Of a DNA stretch of 64,000 nucleotides, positions 11,895 to 23,188 are shown in pieces (position 1 is the first letter of the stretch; every line of letters begins with the position of its first letter). The position numbers and the translations under genes were made by a program. The notes beneath the pieces are model-generated. The model did not search any database and was not told where the DNA came from. It saw only the letters and a program-made list of their open reading frames with translations. The stretch is from Octopus bimaculoides (lineage: Eukaryota): assembly GCF_001194135.2 (NCBI RefSeq), contig NC_068984.1:9515121-9579120 (forward strand), given 5' to 3'.

Positions 11895-12165
11895 TTCACC
11901 CTCCGCAAAAAAATTCCAAATTTTATTTAATTTGCTTTGCAGGAAGGACTGTTCCAACGAAGTCGCGTATTGTCCTTGCCTTCGAAATGCGTAGTAGATG
12001 GAACAGGGACAACTGATGAAGGGAAATATTCTTTATGTTGCGTGTCTCTGCTTTTCTGTTTGTTTTTTTCGTTGTCCGAAAAAAAGTTCGTTTTCTGTTT
12101 TCGTCTTTATGTTTTCGTTTCTCATTGTGTTTAACGTGTTTTGTGATGTCCTGCACCCATATATG
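11895..12165 (+). mobile_element. Repeat family F (terminal-repeat-like) carrying hammerhead core motifs in scrambled order
   Basis: Second copy at 44590-44760 on the minus strand; CTGATGA at 12013-12019 and GAAA at 11984-11987. Confidence 0.65.
11964..12023 (+). ncRNA. Candidate non-circularly-permuted hammerhead ribozyme
   Basis: cgcg-TA-ttgtcc ... ccttc-GAAA-tgcg ... ggacaa-CTGATGA-aggg; stems I and III pair, stem II is weak. Confidence 0.45.
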
Positions 12166-12324
12166 CATGTATGTATACATATAGATGTAGGTATGTACAT
12201 ATATGTATGGATATATGCATATATCTATATGTTATTTATATTATAATATAAAGAAGTCGTATGTAACGAGACAATGATTCTTAACGTTGTTGTTGTCACT
12301 GCTGCTGTTGTTGTTTTCGTCGTC

Positions 12325-12490
12325 ACCGTGTCGGATCCCAATGATCAGATCTTTAATCAAAGATGTTGTAGCTTCGAGCAAGTCATCTTCCTGGGAGGGG
12401 AGGTGAATAAAATAGTAGGTTTGGTTTAAAGGAGATTTTGGCTAGTATTTCTAGCAGGCTGGGGGACCACGTAAGAAGCTCCTTCATTGG
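12325..12490. repeat. Unclassified interspersed repeat (gatttggct-gctatttctagcagg...gaccacgta motif)
   Basis: Related segments at 14975-15150 and, inverted, at about 6790-6850. Confidence 0.45.
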
Positions 12491-12846
12491 ACTTGTTATG
12501 GTGCAACGTATTTAGTTATCGCTGTAGATAAGAATTATCTTGGACTGGTGATATATTCAGCTGGAAGATAAATTAAGAAAGGAAAATACTAATATATTAT
12601 GAAATATTTAAATAAACAGAAGCCTTAAACTAGATTAACAGAGAAAAATAGCTCAGATTACGAAAACAAGGCAGCCATTCTTCTGTTAGTTTACGATGGT
12701 AAATATCTACGCGTGTGTGTGTGTGTGTGTGCGTGTGTGTGTGTGTGTGCGTGTGTGTGTGTGTGTATTTTGGTCGAGTCACTCTCTTGCTAGTCTGGGA
12801 TTTCGCCTGTATCATGTCGAAATCAAGCACGTGATATATATTTAAC

Positions 12847-12916
<70 letters not shown>

Positions 12917-13589
12917 TGTATGTACGTACGTACGTATGTATGTATGTATGTATGTATGTATATTTACAGTCCGAAACTTCAAAGTCACAGTCAATACTAT
13001 TCTTCTTAAAGAATAATAAATTTGTACTCTACAAAAGTATGAAGTAACCCGTCAGATTAATGTGAAATTATTATTACAACCGAACATAAAAACAAACATT
13101 AATGTGTGTATGTGTGTGTGTGTGTTTGTATGCTATATATATATTGTTGTGTCTGGAGAGAGTCATTGTCTTTTAGTGCCTTATTATTTAACACACTCAC
13201 ACATACAAACATACATACACAAATGAAGACTGATACACGTGACCATACACACACACACCTCACTTCACACAAGGACACACATGGAGACACACATCCATAC
13301 ATAACAGACGTAGTACATAGACACAAAAACCCGTACATACACACACACTCAGACATGCACACACAAGGAGACAGAGGTACAAACACATGCAAACATACAC
13401 ACACACACACACACTTACGTACAAAGACATAAACACGAACATACAAACACATAAATATGCAGAATGCATACATGCATATATGCATGCACACACACATACA
13501 TACACACATACATGCTTATTTACATACATAAATATGTGTATGCGCACGCACACTGACCCACTCACATGCGACAAACAAACAAAAGGAAC

Positions 13590-13815
13590 GCAGCTCGGAT
13601 AACGAAGAGAGTCAATGACTATCGAAAAAGTTGCAAGACACACCGAAAATTTTTGAAAAAATTAGAAAAAATAAATGAATGGAAACTTAACCGGTGAATG
13701 TGTTAAATAATTAGGCACTAAGAGACGATGACGCTCCCCAGACAACAAAATATGCTTCAATACACTAACTCACATAAAGAATCTTGCAAACCAAATCCAA
13801 AAACGAAATACATGT
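13590..13815 (-). repeat. Unclassified interspersed repeat family E
   Basis: Reverse complement aligns with 30160-30375 and 13143-13200 (ttgttgtgtctgg.gagagt.attctcttttagtgccttattatttaacacac). Confidence 0.7.
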
Positions 13816-14039
13816 TTATATGTCTATATGTATGTATGTATGTATGTATGTATGCATGTATGTATGTATGTATGTATGTATGTGCGTATGTGTGTATGTA
13901 TGTATGTATGTATGTACGTATGCTTCTCTTCGGTTTCTAATCATTTAAATTCTGCCTCTGAAGAAGAAGCTGATTTCTTACAAAGATACAAAGCTCCATC
14001 ACTGAAATGTAGATAACGAAAACAATGTCACATTTTAAA

Positions 14040-14460
14040 CTGACCCAGTTAGTCTATTCCTTCTCTCCCAAACTAAATAATACTTCTCCAACCTCTCCGG
14101 TGGACTATACAGGAACGATGCACTCCTTTCAGCAACTGGATTATCTCAACCAAGAAAGCACTACACAATTTTTTTAAAAACTATAGCCCGAGTATTTCAT
14201 TCGAAATTGACACTAAGGTGGCCAATTTCTTAGATGTTACTCTCGACTTAAACACAGATCTGTATCACCCTTTCCATAAACCCAACCAATCTTTACAATA
14301 TATAAATGTCCTCTCCAATCACCCTAAACTTACCCTTAATAGCGTAGTCACAGGCATATCGATCAGAATCTCTACCTTATCTGCTAACGAAGAAACTTTT
14401 TGACACTCACGCCCCTTATTATAATCAGGCCCTCCAAATAAGCGGCTCCCGTGAAAAAAT
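14040..14460 (+). mobile_element. Penelope-like element RT fragment (catalytic motif to thumb), frameshifted
   Basis: GLYRND (degenerate GLYRDD), NFLDVTLDLNT...KPN..LQYIN..SNHP...RISTLSANEETF, then +1 frameshift to DTHAPYYNQALQISG. Confidence 0.8.
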
Positions 14461-14693
14461 CTATTATATCCCCAATACTAAAATAGCACATCTCTTTCCC
14501 GATACAAACCCTGAATCTACGAACACTACTTCCACTCTACACCAATCCAACAACTCTCAAAAATAAACCCCTACACATCGCACGCGGCCGCCCCACGGGC
14601 CACCCCGAGATTATAATAACCAAACTTTTGGCTCTTGAGTTACTCTTTGCTTTTTCTAAACAATAATGAATCCGTGTGTGTGCGTGCGCGCGT

Positions 14694-14851
14694 GATGGGT
14701 TTCTGCACAGTTTTCGTCTACCGAATCCACTGAATGTTATTGGTTGGCCTGTGGCTCTAGGTAGGAGGCATATGTTCTAAAGCCGCGCTATGAGACCGAA
14801 CTCGATATCTCACGATTACGAAACGAAGTCCTTAACCACACCTCGATGCAT
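14694..14851 (-). mobile_element. SINE family A head, degenerate
   Basis: gtttctgcacagttttcgtctaccgaatccac...ccttaaccacac matches the reverse complement of the A head. Confidence 0.6.
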
Positions 14852-16220
14852 AGGCCTTAGAGTTTGTTTCTAATTAATTCTGAAACTTTCAAAACTTTAT
14901 TCCTCAAATTACAAGACGTTACTTGCATTGATCTTTTAAAGAATTCTTGCGTTAGTTTTTATTCTTGTTTAGCGCTGGGTTAGCTCCAACGGAGAATACT
15001 AAATACCAAGGATCAAAATCATGACCATGCCGTTTTTTATCCCTGGGGGCAGTACACAGGCACCACATTATTCGATGTGGTACGTTGTGATTTGAGAGTC
15101 ATTCAGTAGCTATTTCTAGCACTTCTACAGACCACGAAGAATTCTTCGTCTCTGGACTGTCTTTGTAACATGTATAACTTTATTCGCCTTGTTAGCTTTT
15201 CATCATTGCAGCACTTCCATCAAGATTATTTCGCATTTCTCTCAGTAGACGAGTAAAGATTCGTATCTGATATTTGAACAAATTCTTCAGAGTGCTGCAT
15301 TCTTTATAATATTCTGTTTCAAAGAACATTAGCTTTAGGCGTTTCTTATCAAACTTGGTAGCTTTCTCTGGCCTTGTCATACGTTTTCTTATCTTCAACT
15401 ATTTTCCTATTTCGCTTCGAAATATTTCGCTTGTATTGATCGACTACTGCATAGAAACTCTTAAATTTGATGACAAATTTCAACTGGTTTGATGGAGGAA
15501 TTTCTATTTACTTGGAGTAAAATAACTGATTTTTCTCTAGATGTAATATATCTTAGACATATTAATGTTTTAGAAAGTTACTTTAGCTCATTACACGAGA
15601 AGATCGTAAAAGAAAGATAAAAGATGCAAACTCATTGAAAGCAGACGATACAACATGGAGACTGTCGTTCGGACAATGTTATAATAAAAGTTAAGGATGC
15701 TACTAAATTTATTCTTCAGGATAAACTAAAATGAGGAGGAAGAAGAAGAAGAAGAAGAAGAAGAAGAAGAAGAAGAAGAAGAAGAAGAAGAAGAAGAAGA
15801 AGAAGAAGAAGAAGAAGAAGAAGAAGAAGAAACTAACAGTAGAGACGACTTATATAATATGAATTTTATGTATTTTGTTGATAAACGATATAAATTCAAA
15901 CGAAACTGAAAATTAAATATATAACATAATACAAAGTTTATATCAACCAATTAGTGTATGAGAATTGTGTGCATAAGTGTGCATGTATGTGTGTTTGCGT
16001 TTGTGTGAATGTATGTGTGTGAGAGAGTGTGTGTATGTTTGTGTACGTAAGTGTGTATGCGTCTGTATATGACTGCACAGAATGTGTATAAATGTTTAGC
16101 AGTTGACTTTTAATACTTTTTGTAAAATGTTGATAATTCAATTTTTACGCATATCTTTCACTTTATTTTAAACTCAATGATATTTTACTATTTATTTCTT
16201 ATTAATATTTAAAATGCTAA

Positions 16221-16637
16221 AACAGCGAGCTGCTGCCAGAATCGTTAGCATTCAGGACAAAGCGTTTAGCAGTATTTCGTCTGTTTTTACGTTCTGAGTT
16301 CAAATTCCGCGCGGGTCGACTTTATCTTTCACCCCTTTCAGGATCGATGAAACACGTACCAGTTGAGCACTGGGGTCGATGTAATTGTCTTAACCCCCTC
16401 TCTTCGAAATTGCTGGCCTTGTGCCGCAGCGCGCGGGCAAAATCGTTAGCACACCGGGCAAAAAATGCTTAACAGCATTTCGCCTGTCTTTTTGTTTTGA
16501 ACTCAAATTCCGCCAAAGTCCACTCTGCTTTTCATCCTTTCATGGTCAATGAAATATCTTCCAGTAGAGCCCTGTGGTCGATGAAATCGAATTCCCTCTC
16601 CTGAAATTACTGGCCCTGTGCCAAAATTTGAAACAAT
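16221..16637 (+). mobile_element. Two head-to-tail family B SINEs
   Basis: Two copies of gaatcgttagca...gttcaaattccg...tttcatcctttc...ggtcgat...gaaatt.ctggcc.tgtgcc. Confidence 0.75.
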
Positions 16638-16689
16638 TATGGAGTGAATATATATATTTGTATACGCGGTTCCAAATGGTACAAAAAAT

Positions 16690-16850
16690 ACAAAAATACA
16701 AAAGACAGAGACAGGTGAGCGAACAACAAACAAGGTGTTTTAATTTGACGCTCAGAAAAAAATGGCCGAGTCTTTCACGTTTCGAATCTACGACCTTCTA
16801 CAGAAAGGAATGAGGAGGAAAAACAGATGGGGAGAGAAAAAGAAAAATAA
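16690..16850 (-). mobile_element. Repeat family G with hammerhead-like variant core (CTGTAGA...GAAACG)
   Basis: Aligns with 27020-27200; reverse complement cttt-CTGTAGA-aggtcgtagattc-GAAA-cg-TG-aaag. Confidence 0.55.
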
Positions 16851-17393
16851 TGTGACTGGATTAATGATTGCACATGTAGCCCTTGTTTGAGAACGTGTAT
16901 CATATATAATGCATGGACGCCAGGGAAATATGTCCAGTGTACCACATGTGATATACAGGAAAGACAAGTGTTAATATTCTCCTGTGTAAATGTTCTCACT
17001 TGTAAATACAGAAAAACTACAGAAGAGAAAACAAAAGAAAAATCCTGGTTCATATTTATTAAAGTCGATATATTCAATATACGTCATTAATCATCTGTTG
17101 CTATTTGTCTGACAGTAAGGGTAAAAGAAAAACTAAGAAGGAATAAAGATGGGACAGATAACAAAAAGAGGAGAGGAAACTACTGAGACCAGATTATGAA
17201 GAAGAAGAGAAATATAGAAAGGAGGGGAGATGGATAGAGAGAGGGGGAGATGGATAGAGAGAGGGGGAGAGGTTAACAGAAAATGATGGGGGTAATAAAT
17301 AAAAGGAAATAATTTGAAAGAAAACAACAAAAATGGAAAATGAGAAATAAAGTGAAAGAATATGAAAGGAATGAAAAGGGAGGGGTAATGGGG

Positions 17394-17480
<87 letters not shown>

Positions 17481-17801
17481 AAAGAAGAGAGAAAGAAAGA
17501 AAGAAAGACAGGCCAACAAAATATGACGGAGATATTGAGATTTCTAAAACAAATAAATTAATAAAATACCGCCAGCTTGTCATAAGTTGAATGGAGAACG
17601 TGAGAGGAATAGAGAGATTGTCGTCTGCATAACATATTTGTCGTCTGCTTGCAACAGTCACAGTTTGGTCAAGTGTTGGAGACAAAGGAACGCTGAACAT
17701 ATGAAGAAAACTGGCGCGGTCACATGGTGGAGAGTTAGCTAATCATGGTGGTAGAATATGAAAGAATTCTTTTGTCTAATTGTATCGTTTCCTTTCTTCC
17801 C

Positions 17802-17861
<60 letters not shown>

Positions 17862-18403
17862 CCTGTCTGTGGAGGAATCTTATTGTGCTTAGATAAGCTC
17901 AAATAACTGTGAATCGTTATAAGAGTGAGTCTCGCAGTAGATGCAGATATAAATGTTAATATTTAATATATTGGCAGAAGAAAAAAAACCTTTGTATAGA
18001 GAAAGAAAACAAAATGGATTGAACGCTACCTAACTGAGACGAAATAATTTCTTCTGTCCAACAAGTAGCGTTCGATCATTTTTTTACTATGCAAGGGGTT
18101 TTCTCCCGAAATATATTACAGGCTATTTTTTTTAGCTTTGACCACATAGAAACTCAGCCTGAAATGATATATATTGTAGCTTCTCCAAGTGTTTACATTT
18201 TAAAGAAGTAATCAAATAAATCTGTTTATAGAACGGTGGATGAGTCTAAAACTATGAGCATCATCTAACATCCCCTGTAAATACACAAGTTAGCTAATAT
18301 ACATGTGTGTATGTATCTGTTTGTGTGTGTGTTTTGTAGCACACCAACCATAAAGCCATCTTCTCAATTCTCTTTATTATTTCTCAATTATTATAAGGCG
18401 GTG

Positions 18404-18727
18404 TGGCAGGGCAATGGCCCAGTGGTTAGGGCAGCGGACTCGCGGTCGTAGGATCGCAGTTTCGATTCCCAAACTGACAGAAGGGTGGTAGCGAACCCTG
18501 CTGTACTCTTTCATCACTACTTTCTCTCACTCTTTCTTCCTGTTTCTGTTGTACTTGTATTTCAAAGGGCCAGCCTTGTCACACTCTGTTCCAAGCTGAA
18601 TCTCCCGAAAACTACGTTAAGGGTACACGTGTCTGTGGAGTGCTCAGCCACTTGCACGTTAATTTCACGAGCAGGCTGTTCTGGATCAACTGGAAAACCT
18701 CGTCGTCGTAACCGACGGAGTGCCACC
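18404..18727 (+). mobile_element. SINE family C with 11-bp target-site duplication
   Basis: tRNA-like head tggcccagtggttagggc...gtttcgattccc; ataaggcggtg at both 18393-18403 and 18728-18738. Confidence 0.85.
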
Positions 18728-18738
18728 ATAAGGCGGTG

Positions 18739-19074
18739 AAAGGCGACGAGCTGGCAGAAACGTTAGCACGCCGGGCGAAATGTTTACTGGTATTTCGTCT
18801 CCCGCTGCGTTCTGAGTTCAAATTCCGCCGAAGTTGACTTTGCTTTTCATCCTTTCGTAGTCGATAAATTAAGTACCAGTTGCGTACTGGGGGTCGATGA
18901 AATCGACTACTCCCTTCCTCAAAATTTCAGGCCTTGTGCCTGCTGTAGAAAGGATTATTTCTCATTTGTAAAGTAACGAGCTGGCAGAACCGTTAGTACG
19001 CCGGACAAATGCTTAGCGAAAGGAATGTTAGGACAAATGCTTATGAAAGGTATGAAAAGGGAGAGGTAGTGGGG

Positions 19075-19108
<34 letters not shown>

Positions 19109-20380
19109 GAAGAAAGAAAGGAAGAAAGAAAGACAGGCCAACAAAATACAAAATATGACGGAGATATAGAGATTTCTAAAACAAATAAATTAATAAAATA
19201 CCACCAGATTGTCATAAGTTGAATGAAGAACGTGAAAGGAATAGAGATTGTCGTCTGTATAACATATTTGTCGTCTGACAAATGCTTAGCGGCATTTCAT
19301 CCGTCATTATGCTCTGATTTCAAATTCCGCCGAAGTCGACTTTGCCGTTCATCCTTTCGGGATCAATAAAATAAGTACCAGTTGAAGACATCCCTTTTCC
19401 CGAAATTGCTGGCTTTGTACCAAAATTTGAAACCACCATTTCCCATCTGTAAGGCGGCGAGCTGGCAGAGTCGTTAGTATGCTGGGCAAAATGCTCAGCG
19501 GCAATTCATCTGTCTTCACATTTTGAGTTCAAATTCCTCCGAGGTCAACTTTACTTTCTATTCTTTCAGGGTTCGATAAAATAAGTAGAAGTTATGCCCT
19601 GGCGTCGATGTAATCGGCTTAACCCTTTTCTTGAAATTACTGGTCTTGAAACCGTTCTTTCTAAATTATGAGAGAGCGAGATGGCTGAATCGTCAGAGCG
19701 TCGAAAGAATTGGTTTGCAGCATTTATTCCGACTCTGCATTCTGAGTTCAAATCCCGCCGAGGACAGCTTTGCGTTTCGTCCCACTGTGTTCGATAAAGC
19801 CAAGAACCAGCTGAGTACAGGATCGATGTAATCGATTAAGCTCCTCTTGCCAAGATTGGAAACCAAAGGCGGCGTACTGGCAGAATCGTTAGCACGCCGG
19901 GCGAAATGCTTAGCAGTATTTCGTGTATCTTTACGTTCTGAGTTCAAATTCCACCGAGGTCGACTTTGCCTTTCATCCTTTCGGGGTCGATAAATTAAGT
20001 ACCAGTTACGCACTGGGGTCGATGTAGCCGACTTAATCTCTTTATCTGTCCTTGTTTGTCCCCTCTATGTTTAGCCCCTTGTGGGCAATAAAGAAATAAG
20101 AATTGTTAGCGCGTCGAACAAAATGTTTAGTGTCATTTCTTCAGGTTCTTTACGTTGTGAGCTCAAATCTTGCCGATGACAGCTTTGGCTCCCCCCCCCC
20201 ATTCAGGGTCGATAAAGTAAAGTACCAGCCAAGTATCTGGAATCAACGCAATCGACTGACTTTCCTTCAAAACTACTGACTTCTTACCCGACTTACAAAG
20301 GCTAGGAGCTGGCGGGATCGCTTGAGCGATGAAATACCTGTTTTGCAGTATTTCTACTTGCTGTTTGCATTCTGAGTTCG
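18739..20380 (+). mobile_element. Cluster of about 7-8 co-oriented family B SINE copies and fragments
   Basis: B heads at about 18745, 18975, 19455, 19675, 19870, 20100 and 20305. Confidence 0.8.
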
Positions 20381-22139
20381 CCCATCATCTATCCATCCAT
20401 CCATCCATCCAATCACCCCCACCCCCACCTACATTGTCCAATTAATCGCTTCCTCTTTCCTTCCATATGCAATCTGTAATCATTAGCTGTAAGATGACAA
20501 CTGGTTACATAAACAACCTTTTCTCTGCTTGTATGCAATCGTCTTACCCCATCTCTCTCTCTGCCTCAATCTCTCTCCGTCACTCTCTCCCTCTATCTGT
20601 CTGTCCATCTCTCTCTCTCTCCCTCTCTCTTTATTCTCTTGACTTTCCTCTAATGCCATTACTAACATTTAAGCAAGTTTTAAACGCAGTAGACATTCAT
20701 CTGGTTGTATTTCAAGACTATTCTCATTATGCAAAAGAACACGGAACACAAACAAACGAAAAAGCAAAGAATATAAAGATTATTGGAAATCTTGTTCTTG
20801 TTATTGTTTTTTGGTGCTCATCAGAGCAAAACTTTACTAATTGGACAGACACTAGTGTAGTCTGTGTCGTTATTTTGACCGTTTACGTTATATATATATA
20901 TATATATNNNNNNNNNNNNNNNNNNNNNNNNNNNNNNNNNNNNNNNNNNNNNNNNNNNNNNNNNNNNNNNNNNNNNNNNNNNNNNNNNNNNNNNNNNNNN
21001 NNNNNNNNNNNNNNNNNNNNNNNNNNNNNNNNNNNNNNNNNNNNNNNNNNNNNNNNNNNNNNNNNNNNNNNNNNNNNNNNNNNNNNNNNNNNNNNNNNNN
21101 NNNNNNNNNNNNNNNNNNNNNNNNNNNNNNNNNNNNNNNNNNNNNNNNNNNNNNNNNNNNNNNNNNNNNNNNNNNNNNNNNNNNNNNNNNNNNNNNNNNN
21201 NNNNNNNNNNNNNNNNNNNNNNNNNNNNNNNNNNNNNNNNNNNNNNNNNNNNNNNNNNNNNNNNNNNNNNNNNNNNNNNNNNNNNNNNNNNNNNNNNNNN
21301 NNNNNNNNNNNNNNNNNNNNNNNNNNNNNNNNNNNNNNNNNNNNNNNNNNNNNNNNNNNNNNNNNNNNNNNNNNNNNNNNNNNNNNNNNNNNNNNNNNNN
21401 NNNNNNNNNNNNNNNNNNNNNNNNNNNNNNNNNNNNNNNNNNNNNNNNNNNNNNNNNNNNNNNNNNNNNNNNNNNNNNNNNNNNNNNNNNNNNNNNNNNN
21501 NNNNNNNNNNNNNNNNNNNNNNNNNNNNNNNNNNNNNNNNNNNNNNNNNNNNNNNNNNNNNNNNNNNNNNNNNNNNNNNNNNNNNNNNNNNNNNNNNNNN
21601 NNNNNNNNNNNNNNNNNNNNNNNNNNNNNNNNNNNNNNNNNNNNNNNNNNNNNNNNNNNNNNNNNNNNNNNNNNNNNNNNNNNNNNNNNNNNNNNNNNNN
21701 NNNNNNNNNNNNNNNNNNNNNNNNNNNNNNNNNNNNNNNNNNNNNNNNNNNNNNNNNNNNNNNNNNNNNNNNNNNNNNNNNNNNNNNNNNNNNNNNNNNN
21801 NNNNNNNNNNNNNNNNNNNNNNNNNNNNNNNNNNNNNNNNNNNNNNNNNNNNNNNNNNNNNNNNNNNNNNNNNNNNNNNNATATATATATATATATATAA
21901 ATTCATTAATTAGAAATATTCAATAGGAATAGGATATGCTGAATTTATATTGAGTGCTCGTATATATTATGGTATCAATATTAAATTTTTTTTTAATAAA
22001 TTTTAAAATATTAATACAGTTAATACGAGCTATTATATATATATCTTGATAAAAAAACATATGAAAGCTTCGAATATTGATTTCCTAACTCCAACATATC
22101 TACATATTTTTGTTATAAATATATATGTGTGTGTGTGTA

Positions 22140-22356
22140 ATCCTTTCTACTATCGGCATAAGGCCTGAAATGTGGGGAAGAGTGTTACTTGATTATATCA
22201 GCCCCAGTGCGTAACTGGTACTTAATTAATCGACTCTGAAAAGATGAAAAGCAAAGTCGACCACGGCGGAATTTGAACTCAGAACGTAAAAAGTATGCTG
22301 AAATGCCACGAAGCATTTCGTCCGACAGTCCAAAGACACTACCAGCTCACCGTCCT
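22140..22356 (-). mobile_element. SINE family B
   Basis: ggcataaggcctgaaat...ggaatttgaactcagaacg...accagctcaccgtcct. Confidence 0.8.
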
Positions 22357-22499
22357 AAGGATATATGTATATATGTATATATATATGTATATACTATTTA
22401 AAAGAGTTCCAACTCTGTCTGTCTTTTATGTTTTATTTATATTCTTATAAAATTAATGTGGGATATAGAATATAGAATATATAATAAAAATAGTAAAAT

Positions 22500-23175
22500 G
22501 AAATGAAGTATTGAATGTCTTATTGAATATATGAAATATTGAGTATTAAGTATAGAGTATTAAATATATAAGGACTAGTATACTTTCCTGCCTCATGACA
22601 GTCATCAAGGTCCCGTCTGATATGTAGAGAGTGTTCCTTGAATTTAATTTTATATTAGATATTAGTTCGAATAAATATTTTTCAAAGTTTTCCAGTAGTG
22701 GGCTAGGTGGAGGATTGTTTCTGTTTTTGAATATCTTATAATAATTTTTATCATATGTATCTAGGTCTTTTTTCTTTGTATTAGCTTCATGGTGGTAAGC
22801 TATCCATCTCATCCTCCTAATCATTAGTCCTATGGATTAGCAGCTGCATGTATGGGAATATCCTTCAGAGAAAATTCCATATTTACTCTTTCCATCCTGT
22901 TAAAGTTAAGTACCAGAAGCGTCGTATAAGGTATGGTTGACGAGTTAAGAAGTAATCAAGATTCAATTGAATTAAGTACTTAAGTTGAAGCACGAAGCCA
23001 GTCCGGCATTATCCTCACAGCTCGAAGTAAGGTGAATTAAAATCAAAATAAGTAACAGGATTTCAAGTAGTAATGCAGTACGACCGTTTCAAGCGACTCC
23101 ATTTAATTGAACAATGCAATCATCACATCAATTTAAATACAGCGCTCTCTTCAGCTGCACAAATATGGATTTTTA
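22500..23175 (-). mobile_element. Penelope-like element 5' end: terminal repeat with hammerhead, plus ORF N-terminus (same type as 14040-14460)
   Basis: ATG at 22895 gives MERVNMEFSLKDIPI, then IRRMRWIAY...PPPSPLLENFEKYLFELISNIK, matching the SLKNIPIP / KRMRWKA pattern; hammerhead at 23073-23160. Confidence 0.75.
23073..23160 (-). ncRNA. Type I hammerhead ribozyme with long stem II insertion
   Basis: gtgcag-CTGAAGA-gagcg-[47 nt containing a hairpin]-cgctt-GAAA-cggtcg-TA-ctgcat; all core nucleotides present and stems I, II and III pair. Confidence 0.8.
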
Positions 23176-23188
23176 AAAGACAAGATAT

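Noticed and set aside
13950-14030. CTGAAGA...GAAA upstream of the 14 kb PLE fragment
   Set aside because: The stem II candidate is separated from GAAA by 6 nt and no stem I forms
15192-15470. Basic 68-aa minus-strand ORF
   Set aside because: No recognisable motif; could be a decayed transposon piece but cannot be supported without a search
17194-17700. YADD motif in a minus-strand ORF
   Set aside because: No other RT motifs nearby; the ORF runs into (CTTT)n; probably chance
20760-20890. Minus-strand CTGATGAGC motifs here and at 47860-47885, plus GAAA...TGATGAGC at 40455-40490
   Set aside because: Required stems or core bases are missing or out of register
20467-21900. 477-aa ORF and all other X-rich ORFs
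   Set aside because: Length comes from N gaps and dinucleotide repeats
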